Source: a virus
DNA length: 64,000 nt
Virus record (IMG/VR): IMGVR_UViG_3300035180_000994
Location: 4,419 to 68,418 of that record
Strand: one strand, 5' to 3'
In this document: piece after piece, positions 1-9,123 of the stretch
Layout: each line of letters opens with the position of its first letter
How positions within the stretch are numbered: the stretch's first letter is position 1
Translations under genes and position numbers: made by a program
Notes under the pieces: model-generated
Database searches by the model: none
What the model saw: the letters and a program-made list of their open reading frames with translations, nothing else
Told to the model about the DNA's origin: nothing

Positions 1-694
1 GCAGGCTGTCGGCTCCGAGGCCCGCGACGCCCGAGGCGACGCCGACGGCTGTGGTGGGGACGGCGCCGACCTGCGCGGCGGTCGTGGCGTGGGGGTTCAA
101 CGTGGAAGCGATGTGGGCCAGGACGGCGGGGTCGGTCTGGTCAATCCCCGTGCTGCCCACGGAGTGCCCAGGGTCTGTCGCGCCGGTGAAGAAGCAGTAG
201 AGGAAGGCGTCGTCCACCATCGCCACGGTGAGGACGTGCTGGATCCACTTGCCAACCGTGGTCGGGCGCGTCGCGGTGAACGAGCCGGGGACGGTCGTCG
301 AGAGGTAGAGAACCTTGCCCACGTCGCTCGGGGTCCACGTGCCGGTGTTCGCCAGGGCCACGAGCCCCTGGACGAAGGCTTTGACAGCGGCGCCTGCGGA
401 GACGTTCTGCTTGACGAAGCAGGAGGCGATGGTGCCTTGGTCCCCCGCGAGGGCCTTCCGCAGCTTCTGGACCCCGCCGACGTTCACGAAGTAGCAGAGG
501 TCCCCGGACTGGAGGGACTCGTCGGCGACGACGGGGATGGCTGGGTCGTAGTTGGAGGGCAGGAGGGTGGGGTCGATCAGCCCGTCGATGCCTAGCTCAA
601 TGGGCTGGCCACGGAGACCCGGGCCCTGCTGGATCCCCGTGACGGGGAGCATCAGGCCATTGACGGGGTCTTGTCGGAGATACTCGTGAGCCAC
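1..694 (-). CDS. virion structural/tail-fibre-like protein (runs off window start; absent from ORF track)
   Basis: GTG at 694 after a terminator. Reads VAHEYLRQDPVNGLMLP...GKVLYLSTTVPGSFTATRP...HIASTLNPHATTAAQVGA; the H-x5-NPH-x-TAAQVG motif is typical of phage tail fibres. Confidence 0.65.
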   Translation of the reverse strand, partial: MAHEYLRQDPVNGLMLPVTGIQQGPGLRGQPIELGIDGLIDPTLLPSNYDPAIPVVADESLQSGDLCYFVNVGGVQKLRKALAGDQGTIASCFVKQNVSAGAAVKAFVQGLVALANTGTWTPSDVGKVLYLSTTVPGSFTATRPTTVGKWIQHVLTVAMVDDAFLYCFFTGATDPGHSVGSTGIDQTDPAVLAHIASTLNPHATTAAQVGAVPTTAVGVASGVAGLGADSL

Positions 695-734
695 GGCGTT
701 CCCTGGGGGCGGAGAAGCCCTACCAAGGGAACAG

Positions 735-756
735 AAAACCGGGCCTTGCGGCCCGG
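735..756 (-). terminator. intrinsic terminator
   Basis: CCGGGCC-GCAA-GGCCCGG stem followed by TTTT on the minus strand, just after the stop at 779. Confidence 0.8.
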
Positions 757-778
757 CTGTAACTGGGAGCGTCGGGGC

Positions 779-1969
779 CTATGCCTGGACAGGTCGGGTG
801 GGGCGCGTGCCGCCGCGATCCTTGCGGACCACGCCTTCCTGCTTCTTCACCCGGCGGCCACCGTGCTCCATCGTCTCAGCAAGGTTGGCACTCGTATCCT
901 TGGGATCGGCCAGCATCTGCTGCATCTCGCGCTCACCCGGGAGGTCGGACTCTTCCCCACCCAGCTCGGCGTCGATGAGGGAGGCGGCCTCGTCCTGGCC
1001 CATGTCCATCTCACCCATATCGTCCCCGAAGACCACGGTCTCGTGCTTGGCCACCTTGGTCGCGGGCTTCAGGCGATCCATGGCGTCGCCGGACATCACG
1101 CGGGTCTCCAGCACCTTCTTCACCACGGGCTCGTCGTCCTTGTGCTCAGGTTCCGGCGCGGGAGCGGCGGCGACCTTGCGGGTATGGGGCAGGCCGGGGA
1201 TCTCTGGGTTGGGATCCCGGCTGATCGTGACCTCGGCCTCGGCCTGCACGCGGGCGCCGGTGTTGAAGTGGGCGACCGGGGCCGCCTCGTTCTCTTCCAG
1301 GAACTCCTCACCCTGCTCCTCGTCCGTCTGGGCGCTGGCAGCCTTGAGGATCTTCGGCCCGTTCTTGCCCATGGTGATCACGAGGCCACCCTTGGGGATG
1401 GTGTCGGCGGTCAGGCCCTTCAGGGCGTCCTTCATGCGGTCATCCCGATCCCCGCTGCCATCGTAGACGGTGCGGACGGCCAGGACCTTCTTGGGCTTGT
1501 CGGTGGGGTGCACGGGGTCGGGCTGGCGGGTGGCCATGGTCTCGTAGCGCGTGCCCTCCTCGACGGGGGCGGCGGTCTCCACGGCCTGGGTGGCAGTGGG
1601 CTGGGCCTTGGCGCCGCCGTAGAAGTCCTCCAGGCGGGTCCAGATGGTCTCGTGGGTGTTCTTGTTCAGCAGCCGCATGTGCTCGTAGTGCTTGCCGTCG
1701 CAGGCCAGCAGGCGGGTCTGGATGACCTGGACGGTGCCGCCGTCGCCGATCTGCATGAGCAGGTCGTGGGGCGTGGCGCCCTGGGCCTTCAGCATCTCTG
1801 CCAGGGCCAGGATGGCGTCGTCGAAGTCGAAGGCCATGCGGGGCCTGGGCTCGAAGCGGCCCTTGGCCTCCAGGCTCGGGGTGACGACCTCGACCTCAAA
1901 GGCGTCGAAGAGATCCGCTTGGCAGGAGGTCTTGAACCGGGGCTTCAGAAGGGGGGCTGGTGCGCTCAT
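779..1969 (-). CDS. hypothetical protein, acidic low-complexity C-terminal half
   Basis: 396-aa ORF, GGAGG RBS, class M motif upstream. Confidence 0.7.
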   Translation of the reverse strand: MSAPAPLLKPRFKTSCQADLFDAFEVEVVTPSLEAKGRFEPRPRMAFDFDDAILALAEMLKAQGATPHDLLMQIGDGGTVQVIQTRLLACDGKHYEHMRLLNKNTHETIWTRLEDFYGGAKAQPTATQAVETAAPVEEGTRYETMATRQPDPVHPTDKPKKVLAVRTVYDGSGDRDDRMKDALKGLTADTIPKGGLVITMGKNGPKILKAASAQTDEEQGEEFLEENEAAPVAHFNTGARVQAEAEVTISRDPNPEIPGLPHTRKVAAAPAPEPEHKDDEPVVKKVLETRVMSGDAMDRLKPATKVAKHETVVFGDDMGEMDMGQDEAASLIDAELGGEESDLPGEREMQQMLADPKDTSANLAETMEHGGRRVKKQEGVVRKDRGGTRPTRPVQA

Positions 1970-1988
1970 CTAGGAGTTCTCCTCCCAG

Positions 1989-1998
1989 GATGATACCC
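1989..1998 (-). promoter_or_regulatory. class M promoter motif GGGTATCATC
   Basis: Intergenic, immediately upstream of RBS and ATG at 1969; recurs before several other genes. Confidence 0.7.
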
Positions 1999-2005
1999 AA
2001 GACGG

Positions 2006-2362
2006 TCAAGCCTTGGTGGTTTTCTCCACTAGAACAAGGTCCCCATGGGCACCTGACTCTTCTTTTGGGGATCGTCCCAGCATCTCCGAGAGCTGTTCGT
2101 GCACGGCGCGGAGCTTATGGATCCCCGCTGGGCGTGGGCGGGCGTCCCCCGAGGTGTTATCCATCCACTGGATGCGGGTGATCCCGTTCTTATTCTGGAT
2201 GACCATGAGGTCGGCCAAGGAGTCGTAGGTAGCGATGGTCGAGGGCTTGGAGGTCCAGTTGATGACGACCTTTCCGGACTCGAAGACCACCCCTTCAGCG
2301 ACTACCCCCGGTTCGTTGTGTGAGTCGTGGTCGTCGCGGACGAGGTTGAATCGCTTGGCCAT
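2006..2362 (-). CDS. conserved-looking phage hypothetical protein
   Basis: 118 aa; VVAEGVVFESGKVVINW pattern recalled from small phage proteins. Confidence 0.7.
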   Translation of the reverse strand: MAKRFNLVRDDHDSHNEPGVVAEGVVFESGKVVINWTSKPSTIATYDSLADLMVIQNKNGITRIQWMDNTSGDARPRPAGIHKLRAVHEQLSEMLGRSPKEESGAHGDLVLVEKTTKA

Positions 2363-2429
2363 CTCAGACTCCCAGGTCTATCGGTGGCCCAAGCATCGGT
2401 CCGCACGTCAGCGAGGTCCATAGGGCCGT

Positions 2430-2942
2430 TCAACTAGATTCCGGAAGCTGGGATATTACGTTCGTTAATACTGGGGGGATGGGGCAGGCGGCCATCGCAG
2501 AGATCAGGTAATCCCGGCCTTCTGGGTCCATCTCGGCGGCGGCGCGGGTGAGGTGGGTGTGCAGGGTCACCAGGGTCTCGTAGGCCGTGGCCTCTACCTG
2601 GGGGAGCATGTCGGGCTGGAGGGAGATCGCCACGGAGACGAGGCAGTTCTCCACATGGGTGCCCAGCACGCCGCCGCAGATGACGCAGCCATCCTTGGTC
2701 AGGGTGGTGAGCACCCTGTCCTTGAAGGCGAGGACAGCGGCGATCAACTGCTCGAAGTCCCGGATGGTCCGCAGGTGGGCCTGCCCATCGGCGCCCAGGA
2801 TGGCCTGGAGCATCTCGGCGGCGGCCTGGGGGTCCCCGGCCTTGATCAGCGTGACGGCCTCGGCGATGGCCTCCTCGTAGTTCGTGACCCTCGCGGTCAG
2901 CTCGGCGGTGGACATGTCCGGGATGGGGTGCACGATGGTCAT
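2430..2942 (-). CDS. hypothetical protein with CxxC..H...C zinc-binding motif
   Basis: 170 aa; CVICGGVLGTHVENC. Confidence 0.65.
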   Translation of the reverse strand: MTIVHPIPDMSTAELTARVTNYEEAIAEAVTLIKAGDPQAAAEMLQAILGADGQAHLRTIRDFEQLIAAVLAFKDRVLTTLTKDGCVICGGVLGTHVENCLVSVAISLQPDMLPQVEATAYETLVTLHTHLTRAAAEMDPEGRDYLISAMAACPIPPVLTNVISQLPESS

Positions 2943-2963
2943 AGCGGTCTCCGAGTAGAACTA

Positions 2964-2998
2964 TCCCCCAGACCTACTAGGTAGGCAAGTCTGGGGGA
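2964..2998. other. nested inverted repeat (hairpin/operator)
   Basis: TCCCCCAGAC...GTCTGGGGGA enclosing CCTAC-TAG-GTAGG; intergenic; no clear U-tract. Confidence 0.55.
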
Positions 2999-3003
2999 AG
3001 AGG

Positions 3004-4095
3004 TTAGGCGAGGAACTGGCGAAGGACGGGGCTGGCCTCGACCTGCTTGGCGAAGGCGATGAGCTTCTGGATCTCATCGGCCTTGGAGCGCAGGACATCG
3101 GACTCGGTCGTGTAGTGCCCGACGGGGATGCTCAGGCGTCGGTGGAGCTTCTGGGTGGACTGCACGAGCTGCTGGTGGCCCTTACCGAGGTCGCGGACCA
3201 GGGTCTCCAACGCCTCGATGCGCTTGCTCTGGATGTCGGACCGGTGGGCCTGGGTCGCTCGGTCCTTCTGGAGGCTCTCGATGATCTTGAAGAGGAACTG
3301 GGTCTTCACCTTCTCGTCCATGTCAGCGAACATCTGCTCGTGCTTGTCCGTGCCTTCGAGCATCGCGGACCCCTCGCGGAGCAGGGCCTCGACGGTGTCA
3401 GCGGTGTGGGCGTGGCCCCAGCCGTCACCGGCGGGGTGGGTGTCCGTGTGCTTCTCGTCGGGGCAGGCGATGGGGATGATACGCCCCTGGGGGTCGGGGA
3501 ACGGTGAAGCGGCGGGGAGCTTCCTGGTCGTGGCCTTGACGTAGATGGCCTTCTTGAGGTCCTCGGAGAGGCTCATGATCTTCCTGCGGTTGTGGTCCAC
3601 CACGTCATGGCCCAGACCAGCGCCCATGCTGTCGGCGAGGTTGGCGATGCGGAGAAGGGTTTCAACCATGTCCCCGACCTCGTCAGCGGTGAAGCTCGTG
3701 CCGTCACCGACGGGTTCGGCGAGGATGACCCCGACCTTCGGGATGATCCGGATCAGGAACGGGTTGGGGCCCTCAAGGGTATCCAGGCGCAGGCGAGAGA
3801 TCGTCTCCGCCCAGGCTTGCTGGTCACCGGCGAGGCCGTCGGTGCCGACGTTGGTCGCCCGCATGACGCCCAGGAGTTCCTCGAAGGGGATGGTCCAGAT
3901 GTAGGCAAAGATGTTGCTCTCGACGTTCTCGATCTGGTTGTAGATCGCGGCGGCCTTGGCGGTGTTCTCCTGGCCGAGGGCGACGGGGGCCATGTAGGAG
4001 GAGACCATGAGGGCGACCTTCTTGAGGTCTCCCACCAGCTTGGCACCTGATGGGCACTCGATTTCGATGAGGAAGGATGACAGGCGGTCGTTCAA
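3004..4095 (-). CDS. hypothetical protein with C-terminal coiled coil
   Basis: 363-aa ORF tightly packed after 4098. Confidence 0.7.
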   Translation of the reverse strand: MNDRLSSFLIEIECPSGAKLVGDLKKVALMVSSYMAPVALGQENTAKAAAIYNQIENVESNIFAYIWTIPFEELLGVMRATNVGTDGLAGDQQAWAETISRLRLDTLEGPNPFLIRIIPKVGVILAEPVGDGTSFTADEVGDMVETLLRIANLADSMGAGLGHDVVDHNRRKIMSLSEDLKKAIYVKATTRKLPAASPFPDPQGRIIPIACPDEKHTDTHPAGDGWGHAHTADTVEALLREGSAMLEGTDKHEQMFADMDEKVKTQFLFKIIESLQKDRATQAHRSDIQSKRIEALETLVRDLGKGHQQLVQSTQKLHRRLSIPVGHYTTESDVLRSKADEIQKLIAFAKQVEASPVLRQFLA

Positions 4096-4097
4096 GG

Positions 4098-4610
4098 CTA
4101 CTCCTTGGGTGGGATGAAGTGGGGCACCTGGATGGCGCCGGGTTCAGGGACGGTGGTGAAACCCACGCCGGAAGCGTTCCGGACGAGGGTCTTGGCGATG
4201 CGGAGGACGGACTCGTGATCGTCCTTCATGCGCTTCTCCAACTCCTGGAAGGTCATGGCGATCTGCTCCTTGGTCTTCAGGTTGTTGATCACGCAGTAGG
4301 AGAAGGGCCCGGCCATCTTGGAGAGGAACTCGTAGGAGGCCCAGAGGTTTTCCTGGGTGGGTCCCCAGAACTCACAGGTGAGCTGTTGGCCGTGGCCACG
4401 GAAGCGGATGTAGCCGTAGCGCATGACGGAGAGGAGAACCTTCTCGCGGCTGTCGCCCTTGAAGTCGCAGGAGTAGGGCTCGATCTCCGCCCGGCACCGC
4501 TGGTTCAGCCCCATCTGGTCGGCGCCCTGCTGGGACTTGGCGAACATGCAGTGTTCGTCTACCCACCAGAACTCGCCGGTCTTCGCTCGGATCCACGCAC
4601 CTTCTTTCAT
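4098..4610 (-). CDS. hypothetical protein
   Basis: 170 aa; AAGGAGG RBS; class M motif upstream. Confidence 0.75.
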   Translation of the reverse strand: MKEGAWIRAKTGEFWWVDEHCMFAKSQQGADQMGLNQRCRAEIEPYSCDFKGDSREKVLLSVMRYGYIRFRGHGQQLTCEFWGPTQENLWASYEFLSKMAGPFSYCVINNLKTKEQIAMTFQELEKRMKDDHESVLRIAKTLVRNASGVGFTTVPEPGAIQVPHFIPPKE

Positions 4611-4625
4611 GACCTACCTCCTTGA

Positions 4626-4635
4626 GATGATACCC
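4626..4635 (-). promoter_or_regulatory. class M promoter motif GGGTATCATC
   Basis: Between terminator 4645-4673 and the RBS of the 4610 gene. Confidence 0.7.
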
Positions 4636-4644
4636 GTGACGGGG

Positions 4645-4673
4645 AAAGAAAAGGGCCCCCGGCAGGAGGCCCT
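4645..4673 (-). terminator. intrinsic terminator
   Basis: AGGGCCTCC-TGCC-GGGGGCCCT then TTTCTTT on the minus strand. Confidence 0.75.
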
Positions 4674-4696
4674 GGACGGACGTGACGACCGGGGCC

Positions 4697-7600
4697 CTAG
4701 ATGAGGCCGGAGAGGTCGATGGTGATCAGGGAGCGCCCTGACCTAGGCTGGGCACAGATCACCACCCCCTCGGACTTGCCGAGGTCCCGGAGCTTCTCCG
4801 TGCTGGCCCGCAGGGCGGCCCAGTCCATGTTCGTCGGGGAGATGGCCATCAGCTCGCTGCCGGTCACCTCCACGCTCCACTGGGGGAACATGGCCTTGAA
4901 CTTGTCGGCGAACTGGGCTTTGCTGGTGTTGCGCTTCATCTGGGCCATGACACTGCCCTCCTTGGGTGCGTGTTCCCACGGCTTGCTCCAGTCGGGGCGG
5001 GGGCCTGGGGGAAGTTCGCGGAAAGCCTGCTCGATGTCCGCCATGAGGACTTGCTGCTCGTGACGGTGTTCCATGAAGAGTTGGGAAGCTCTGGTTTTGT
5101 CGCCGGTGCGGCGGGCGGCGTCGATGAGGGTGCGGTAGCCTTCGTCAAGCACTGACCAGCACGCCTTAGTGAACTCCCCGATGGTCTTACCGTGCATCTT
5201 ATAGGGGGGGAGATCCGTGCCGTCAGCCCGGTGCATTTCCGCCTCGTAACCGTCTTCGACGGGGGTGGCGAAGATCGTGTAGTGGTAGCCTAGGCGGGGT
5301 GTTAGCTCAATTTTTACAACCCTGCCGGTGGCGTCTTCCAGGTCATAGGCGGTGGCAGCCACCTTGGACAGGGGCTCCGAGTGTTCCCATAGGTCCTGGA
5401 GCTTCAGGCCAAGGCCCTTGTCCCATGTGGTGGCGAAGCCCTTACCGATGGCGGCGCCCTGGGCCCACACACGGTCCCTGGTCTTCACGAGCTTGAACTG
5501 ACCGGGGACGACCCCGGTGACGATCCTGTCTTCGATGTAGGCCCTCTGGCGGGTCGAGGGGCGCACGCAGTAGGCCCATGAGATTTGACCCGGGGGGCTC
5601 AGCTTGAGCAGCACGTAGTAGGGGGTCCCGGCCTCCTCTTCGACCATGGCGCTGTCGGAGGTCTCGGTGACGAAGTCGGCGCCGAAGATCGCGTTGAGAC
5701 CGTCGGCCTTGGTCTTGAACTTGTGGCCGTGACCGCCCTCGATTTTCATGAGCTGGTTGAGATTCTGGGAACCTGAGAGGGGCAGCCACTCGGTGAGGAA
5801 GATGTCGTGGTGCACCAGCTCATGGGCGATGATCCGCTCCAGGGTCTGGCGGTCGTTGACGACGGCCTTCTGGATCTCGATGGTCGTGTTGCCTTCCCCG
5901 GGGACCCAGAGGTCCCGAGCCAGCCAGGAGGTGCCCAGGCTGTTCACGACGCGGACGTTCGGGCGGGGCAGGCCAGGGGTGAGGTAGGGCATGAACTTGG
6001 TGATCACGGCAGGGATGTCGGTCTCAGATGCGTAGACCATAGAGGCCGCCTTGGTTCGGATCTCCACCGTGCCGCCCTTGCGCTCCCGCCACTGCTGGAT
6101 GAAGTCCTCGGGGAGCTTGCCGTAGTGGAGCACCAGGGGTGTCGTGGGCTCGTTCTGCTCACGGATGACCTGCTGGGCCACCTGCTGGTATTGGTCCTGC
6201 GAAAGGGTTGTGGTATCCCGGGTGCCGAAGAGGTTCTCGGAGACCCTGGCGTAATCGTCGTCGGTGGAACCCGCCTGCCGAGGCAGGATCTCGACGACGG
6301 CGATGATCTTGTTCGCGCCACGGAAGCCGATGGGCTCCATGACGCGGGCGGTGGGCGCGAAGGTCTCCTGGGATACCTCGGGGCGGGCGGCGGCCTTGAG
6401 GGTTCGGGTGATCTTGTCGATGACCCTGCGGTAGGCGGCCTCGCCCTCTTCAACGGAGGGCCATATGGCCTTGATCTTCGCCTTCAGGACCTCCCACCCG
6501 GCGTCGTCGATGTCGCGGGTCGCCTCGGGAAACACCTGCTGATACTGGCGGACCTGATCGTAGTCCTTCATGGTCTTCACGTGGTGCGCGGTCAGGCGGG
6601 TGAGCCCGGCCATCCAGGCGTCTTCGAGAAGCCCTGTGATCCGCTCCAGGAGCTGGGGATGATCGAGACGGCTGCCGAGCTGGGAGTTCAGATACTTGAG
6701 CTTCCGCTCGACGTAGGCCGTGCGGTAGTTGTTCACGTCGGTCTGCCAGCCATGCCCCAGCTCCGCTGGATCAGCGTTGGCGGCCAGCCAGATCATCGGC
6801 ACGTGGTAGGAGCTGTCGGTCAGGTGGCCCAGCACGTCGTTCAGACGGCCCGCGTAGTCGTCCTCGTCGGCGATGAACGTCCTGGGTTGGAGGTGCATGA
6901 CCACCACCAAGGTATTGATCTTGCGGTTCCGAGGGGCGGAGGTCGCGGTTGAGAGGTTGCGGGTGACGTAAGTGCCCCCGTAGCTCTCCCGTGAGGGTGT
7001 GTGGATCCCGGAGTTCTCGTCGGAGTCCCAGTTCCGCTTCTCTTTCACCATGGGGATCAGGCCGTGGGCCATGATCGACCGGAGGTTGTCGGCGGTGGTC
7101 CCGTGATACCAGATGGACCGCTCCTTCTCCGCGCCGGAGTAGGCGAGGATCATCTCAGGAGCGGGGAGCACCTTGGCCTTGCGGTGGAAGAGGCTGGCCT
7201 TCACCGGCGCTAGGGGCTCGTGGGTGACACCCTCCTGGGGGATCTTCGGGTGCCCGAACATGACCTTCTCCGTGGGCTGGCCGCCGATGGTGCGGGTGTA
7301 GGTGAACTCACCGGTCTGGGTGACCTCTTTGGGGGCCAGGACCTTCACCACGTCCTCCACAGGGACCTTCGGGGCGCCGATGCGCTCCAGGGCGGACAGC
7401 ATCTTACCGCTGGCCTCGCAGAAGTAGTGACCAGCGGGGTCGGACAGGCGGACGCGGATGCTCAGCATCTCCATCTTCTGGGCCTTGGTGGTATATGGGG
7501 AGGTCCCCGACACCACGAACTTCCGACCCAGGGCTGTGGTCTTCAATCCGGAGAACCACACGATCTTCGTGGGGTCTTCGTCATCGGTGCCAACGATCCA

Positions 7601-7792
7601 GGTGTCGATCTCCTGGAGAACATCCTCGGCGTTGAAGATGTTCCCGGCGGAGGTGTAGGCGTAGGCATGGTCCAGGAACTCCTTCACCAGCTCGGGGGTG
7701 AGGGGGTGGTCGTTCTTGTCGAAGAACTTGAACGCCGCCTGTTTGGCAAGCAGCGCCGCGAACTTCTCCTGGAACCCATTGGGCATATTCAA
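4697..7792 (-). CDS. polyvalent protein: unknown N-domain + ADP-ribosyltransferase-like domain + SprT-like zinc metallopeptidase + unknown C-domains
   Basis: WYHGT..NLRSIMAHGL.P...GGTYVT (H-Y type ART, Tpt1/PARP-like); IAHELVHH...GHGHKFK (SprT HExxH); K-x-A linkers between domains. Confidence 0.75.
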   Translation of the reverse strand: MNMPNGFQEKFAALLAKQAAFKFFDKNDHPLTPELVKEFLDHAYAYTSAGNIFNAEDVLQEIDTWIVGTDDEDPTKIVWFSGLKTTALGRKFVVSGTSPYTTKAQKMEMLSIRVRLSDPAGHYFCEASGKMLSALERIGAPKVPVEDVVKVLAPKEVTQTGEFTYTRTIGGQPTEKVMFGHPKIPQEGVTHEPLAPVKASLFHRKAKVLPAPEMILAYSGAEKERSIWYHGTTADNLRSIMAHGLIPMVKEKRNWDSDENSGIHTPSRESYGGTYVTRNLSTATSAPRNRKINTLVVVMHLQPRTFIADEDDYAGRLNDVLGHLTDSSYHVPMIWLAANADPAELGHGWQTDVNNYRTAYVERKLKYLNSQLGSRLDHPQLLERITGLLEDAWMAGLTRLTAHHVKTMKDYDQVRQYQQVFPEATRDIDDAGWEVLKAKIKAIWPSVEEGEAAYRRVIDKITRTLKAAARPEVSQETFAPTARVMEPIGFRGANKIIAVVEILPRQAGSTDDDYARVSENLFGTRDTTTLSQDQYQQVAQQVIREQNEPTTPLVLHYGKLPEDFIQQWRERKGGTVEIRTKAASMVYASETDIPAVITKFMPYLTPGLPRPNVRVVNSLGTSWLARDLWVPGEGNTTIEIQKAVVNDRQTLERIIAHELVHHDIFLTEWLPLSGSQNLNQLMKIEGGHGHKFKTKADGLNAIFGADFVTETSDSAMVEEEAGTPYYVLLKLSPPGQISWAYCVRPSTRQRAYIEDRIVTGVVPGQFKLVKTRDRVWAQGAAIGKGFATTWDKGLGLKLQDLWEHSEPLSKVAATAYDLEDATGRVVKIELTPRLGYHYTIFATPVEDGYEAEMHRADGTDLPPYKMHGKTIGEFTKACWSVLDEGYRTLIDAARRTGDKTRASQLFMEHRHEQQVLMADIEQAFRELPPGPRPDWSKPWEHAPKEGSVMAQMKRNTSKAQFADKFKAMFPQWSVEVTGSELMAISPTNMDWAALRASTEKLRDLGKSEGVVICAQPRSGRSLITIDLSGLI

Positions 7793-7796
7793 CCCC

Positions 7797-8426
7797 TCAC
7801 AAGGGGGCGGGGGAGCCGCTGGCTTCCCCCAGGGTTGAACGGATGCCGTCGGGGTCGCTGCCGCTGAGGTAGAGGGCGGAGACCATGGCCACCGTCTTCA
7901 CATGGGCGTCGTGGTCGTGGGTCATGCCCGGCACGTCGATGGCGAACTTGGTGGCCAGGGGCCAGAGCCCCGTCCGGCCCGCGATGACCTCGTCGTCGGT
8001 GGAGCTGTAGATGCTCAGCAGGTTGCCCCGCTCGGCGTGCACGTTGACCTTGTGGCTCCCGACCTGATCCGGCGCTGAGATGGCGATCACCGAGCACCCG
8101 AAGGACTCCTGGGCCAGGGCAGCGACTAGGCCCCCCAGGGAGGTCCCGATGATCAGGGTGTCCTTGGGGTCCGCCCCGTCGCACTTCAGGGTCTCCAAGA
8201 GCTGGTCGAGGCCAATGACAAGCCTCAGCTCCTTCTCGCCCTCGCTGTCGTCGTAGCGGGCGCCCTCGGAGAGCGCGAAGGGCATCGTGAGGTTCGAGGA
8301 GATCCCAAAGACCATGCCGGGCCCCATGGAGCGCCCGATGGCGTGGTAGGCCGTCAGCACGGAGCCCTGGGGGTTCCCGGCGTAGCCGTGCAGGAGGTAG
8401 GTTCGTTTGAATCTCGCGTAGCTCAT
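7797..8426 (-). CDS. alpha/beta hydrolase (YqiA-like esterase)
   Basis: LLHGYAGNP, GTSLGG nucleophile elbow, DDEVI acid, C-terminal His. Confidence 0.8.
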   Translation of the reverse strand: MSYARFKRTYLLHGYAGNPQGSVLTAYHAIGRSMGPGMVFGISSNLTMPFALSEGARYDDSEGEKELRLVIGLDQLLETLKCDGADPKDTLIIGTSLGGLVAALAQESFGCSVIAISAPDQVGSHKVNVHAERGNLLSIYSSTDDEVIAGRTGLWPLATKFAIDVPGMTHDHDAHVKTVAMVSALYLSGSDPDGIRSTLGEASGSPAPL

Positions 8427-9043
8427 TTGGCACCTTCAGCGACGCCGGATCTCCAGGCGTCGATCAAAGCCCCCATCTTCTCAGGGTTCGTCGCCTGGGA
8501 GTAGCCGTAAGCCTCTTCCCAGTGCTCGGTCCTCATGATGTTCGGGGCGTCGTTCACGGTGGCGCCATGGTTCTGGGCGTCGAACACCCCGTCTGCCTTG
8601 GCCTGCGCCAGCATGTTGTCGTCGAGGGGGAGGAGGGGCACGTCGTCCCCCGCCTCAGCCACGTCCTGGTCACCGGGATCCATGCTCTCTTCGTCACCGG
8701 CGAACTCAGCGAACTCGCTCTCGATCTCGGCCCAGCGGAGCTGAAGGGCCTCAGCATCCTCAAAATACTCGACATCGACGTGGCCGTCGGTGGTCTCGGT
8801 GAGGATGGCACCGACCTGGAGGTTCAAGAACTCAATCTCGGCGGGGTTCAGCGTGGGGTCGGGGACGTTGTTGTTGACCTCGTCGCCGAGGGCGGAGTCC
8901 TGCGCGGTGGTGAGCTTGCCCCGCCAGCCGTAGCCCTGGTCGGCCAGCTCTTCGTCCACACCGTCCTGGGCGAGGTTCCAAACCGCGCTATCCAAGATAG
9001 TGTTGAACTTACCGGGGCCATAGGAACGAATCTCATCTGCCAT
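8423..9043 (-). CDS. acidic hypothetical protein (start revised to MADEIRS)
   Basis: ATG at 9043 with GAGAGG RBS; the longer ORF-track start overlaps the peptidase gene. Confidence 0.7.
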   Translation of the reverse strand: MADEIRSYGPGKFNTILDSAVWNLAQDGVDEELADQGYGWRGKLTTAQDSALGDEVNNNVPDPTLNPAEIEFLNLQVGAILTETTDGHVDVEYFEDAEALQLRWAEIESEFAEFAGDEESMDPGDQDVAEAGDDVPLLPLDDNMLAQAKADGVFDAQNHGATVNDAPNIMRTEHWEEAYGYSQATNPEKMGALIDAWRSGVAEGAK

Positions 9044-9056
9044 GGGGTGGGCCTCT

Positions 9057-9123
9057 CGTGAAAAGGGGTGGGAAGTCGAAACCCCCACCCCTCTTAGTAG
9101 GTCCGGCGCGGGACCGGATGCAC
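9057..9123 (-). promoter_or_regulatory. composite element: class E motif (9095-9123), terminator hairpin (9061-9092), class L motif (9057-9077)
   Basis: GTGCATC-N15-CCTACTA; AGGGGTGGG/CCCACCCCT stem + TTT; GACTTC-N9-TTCACG. Confidence 0.6.
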
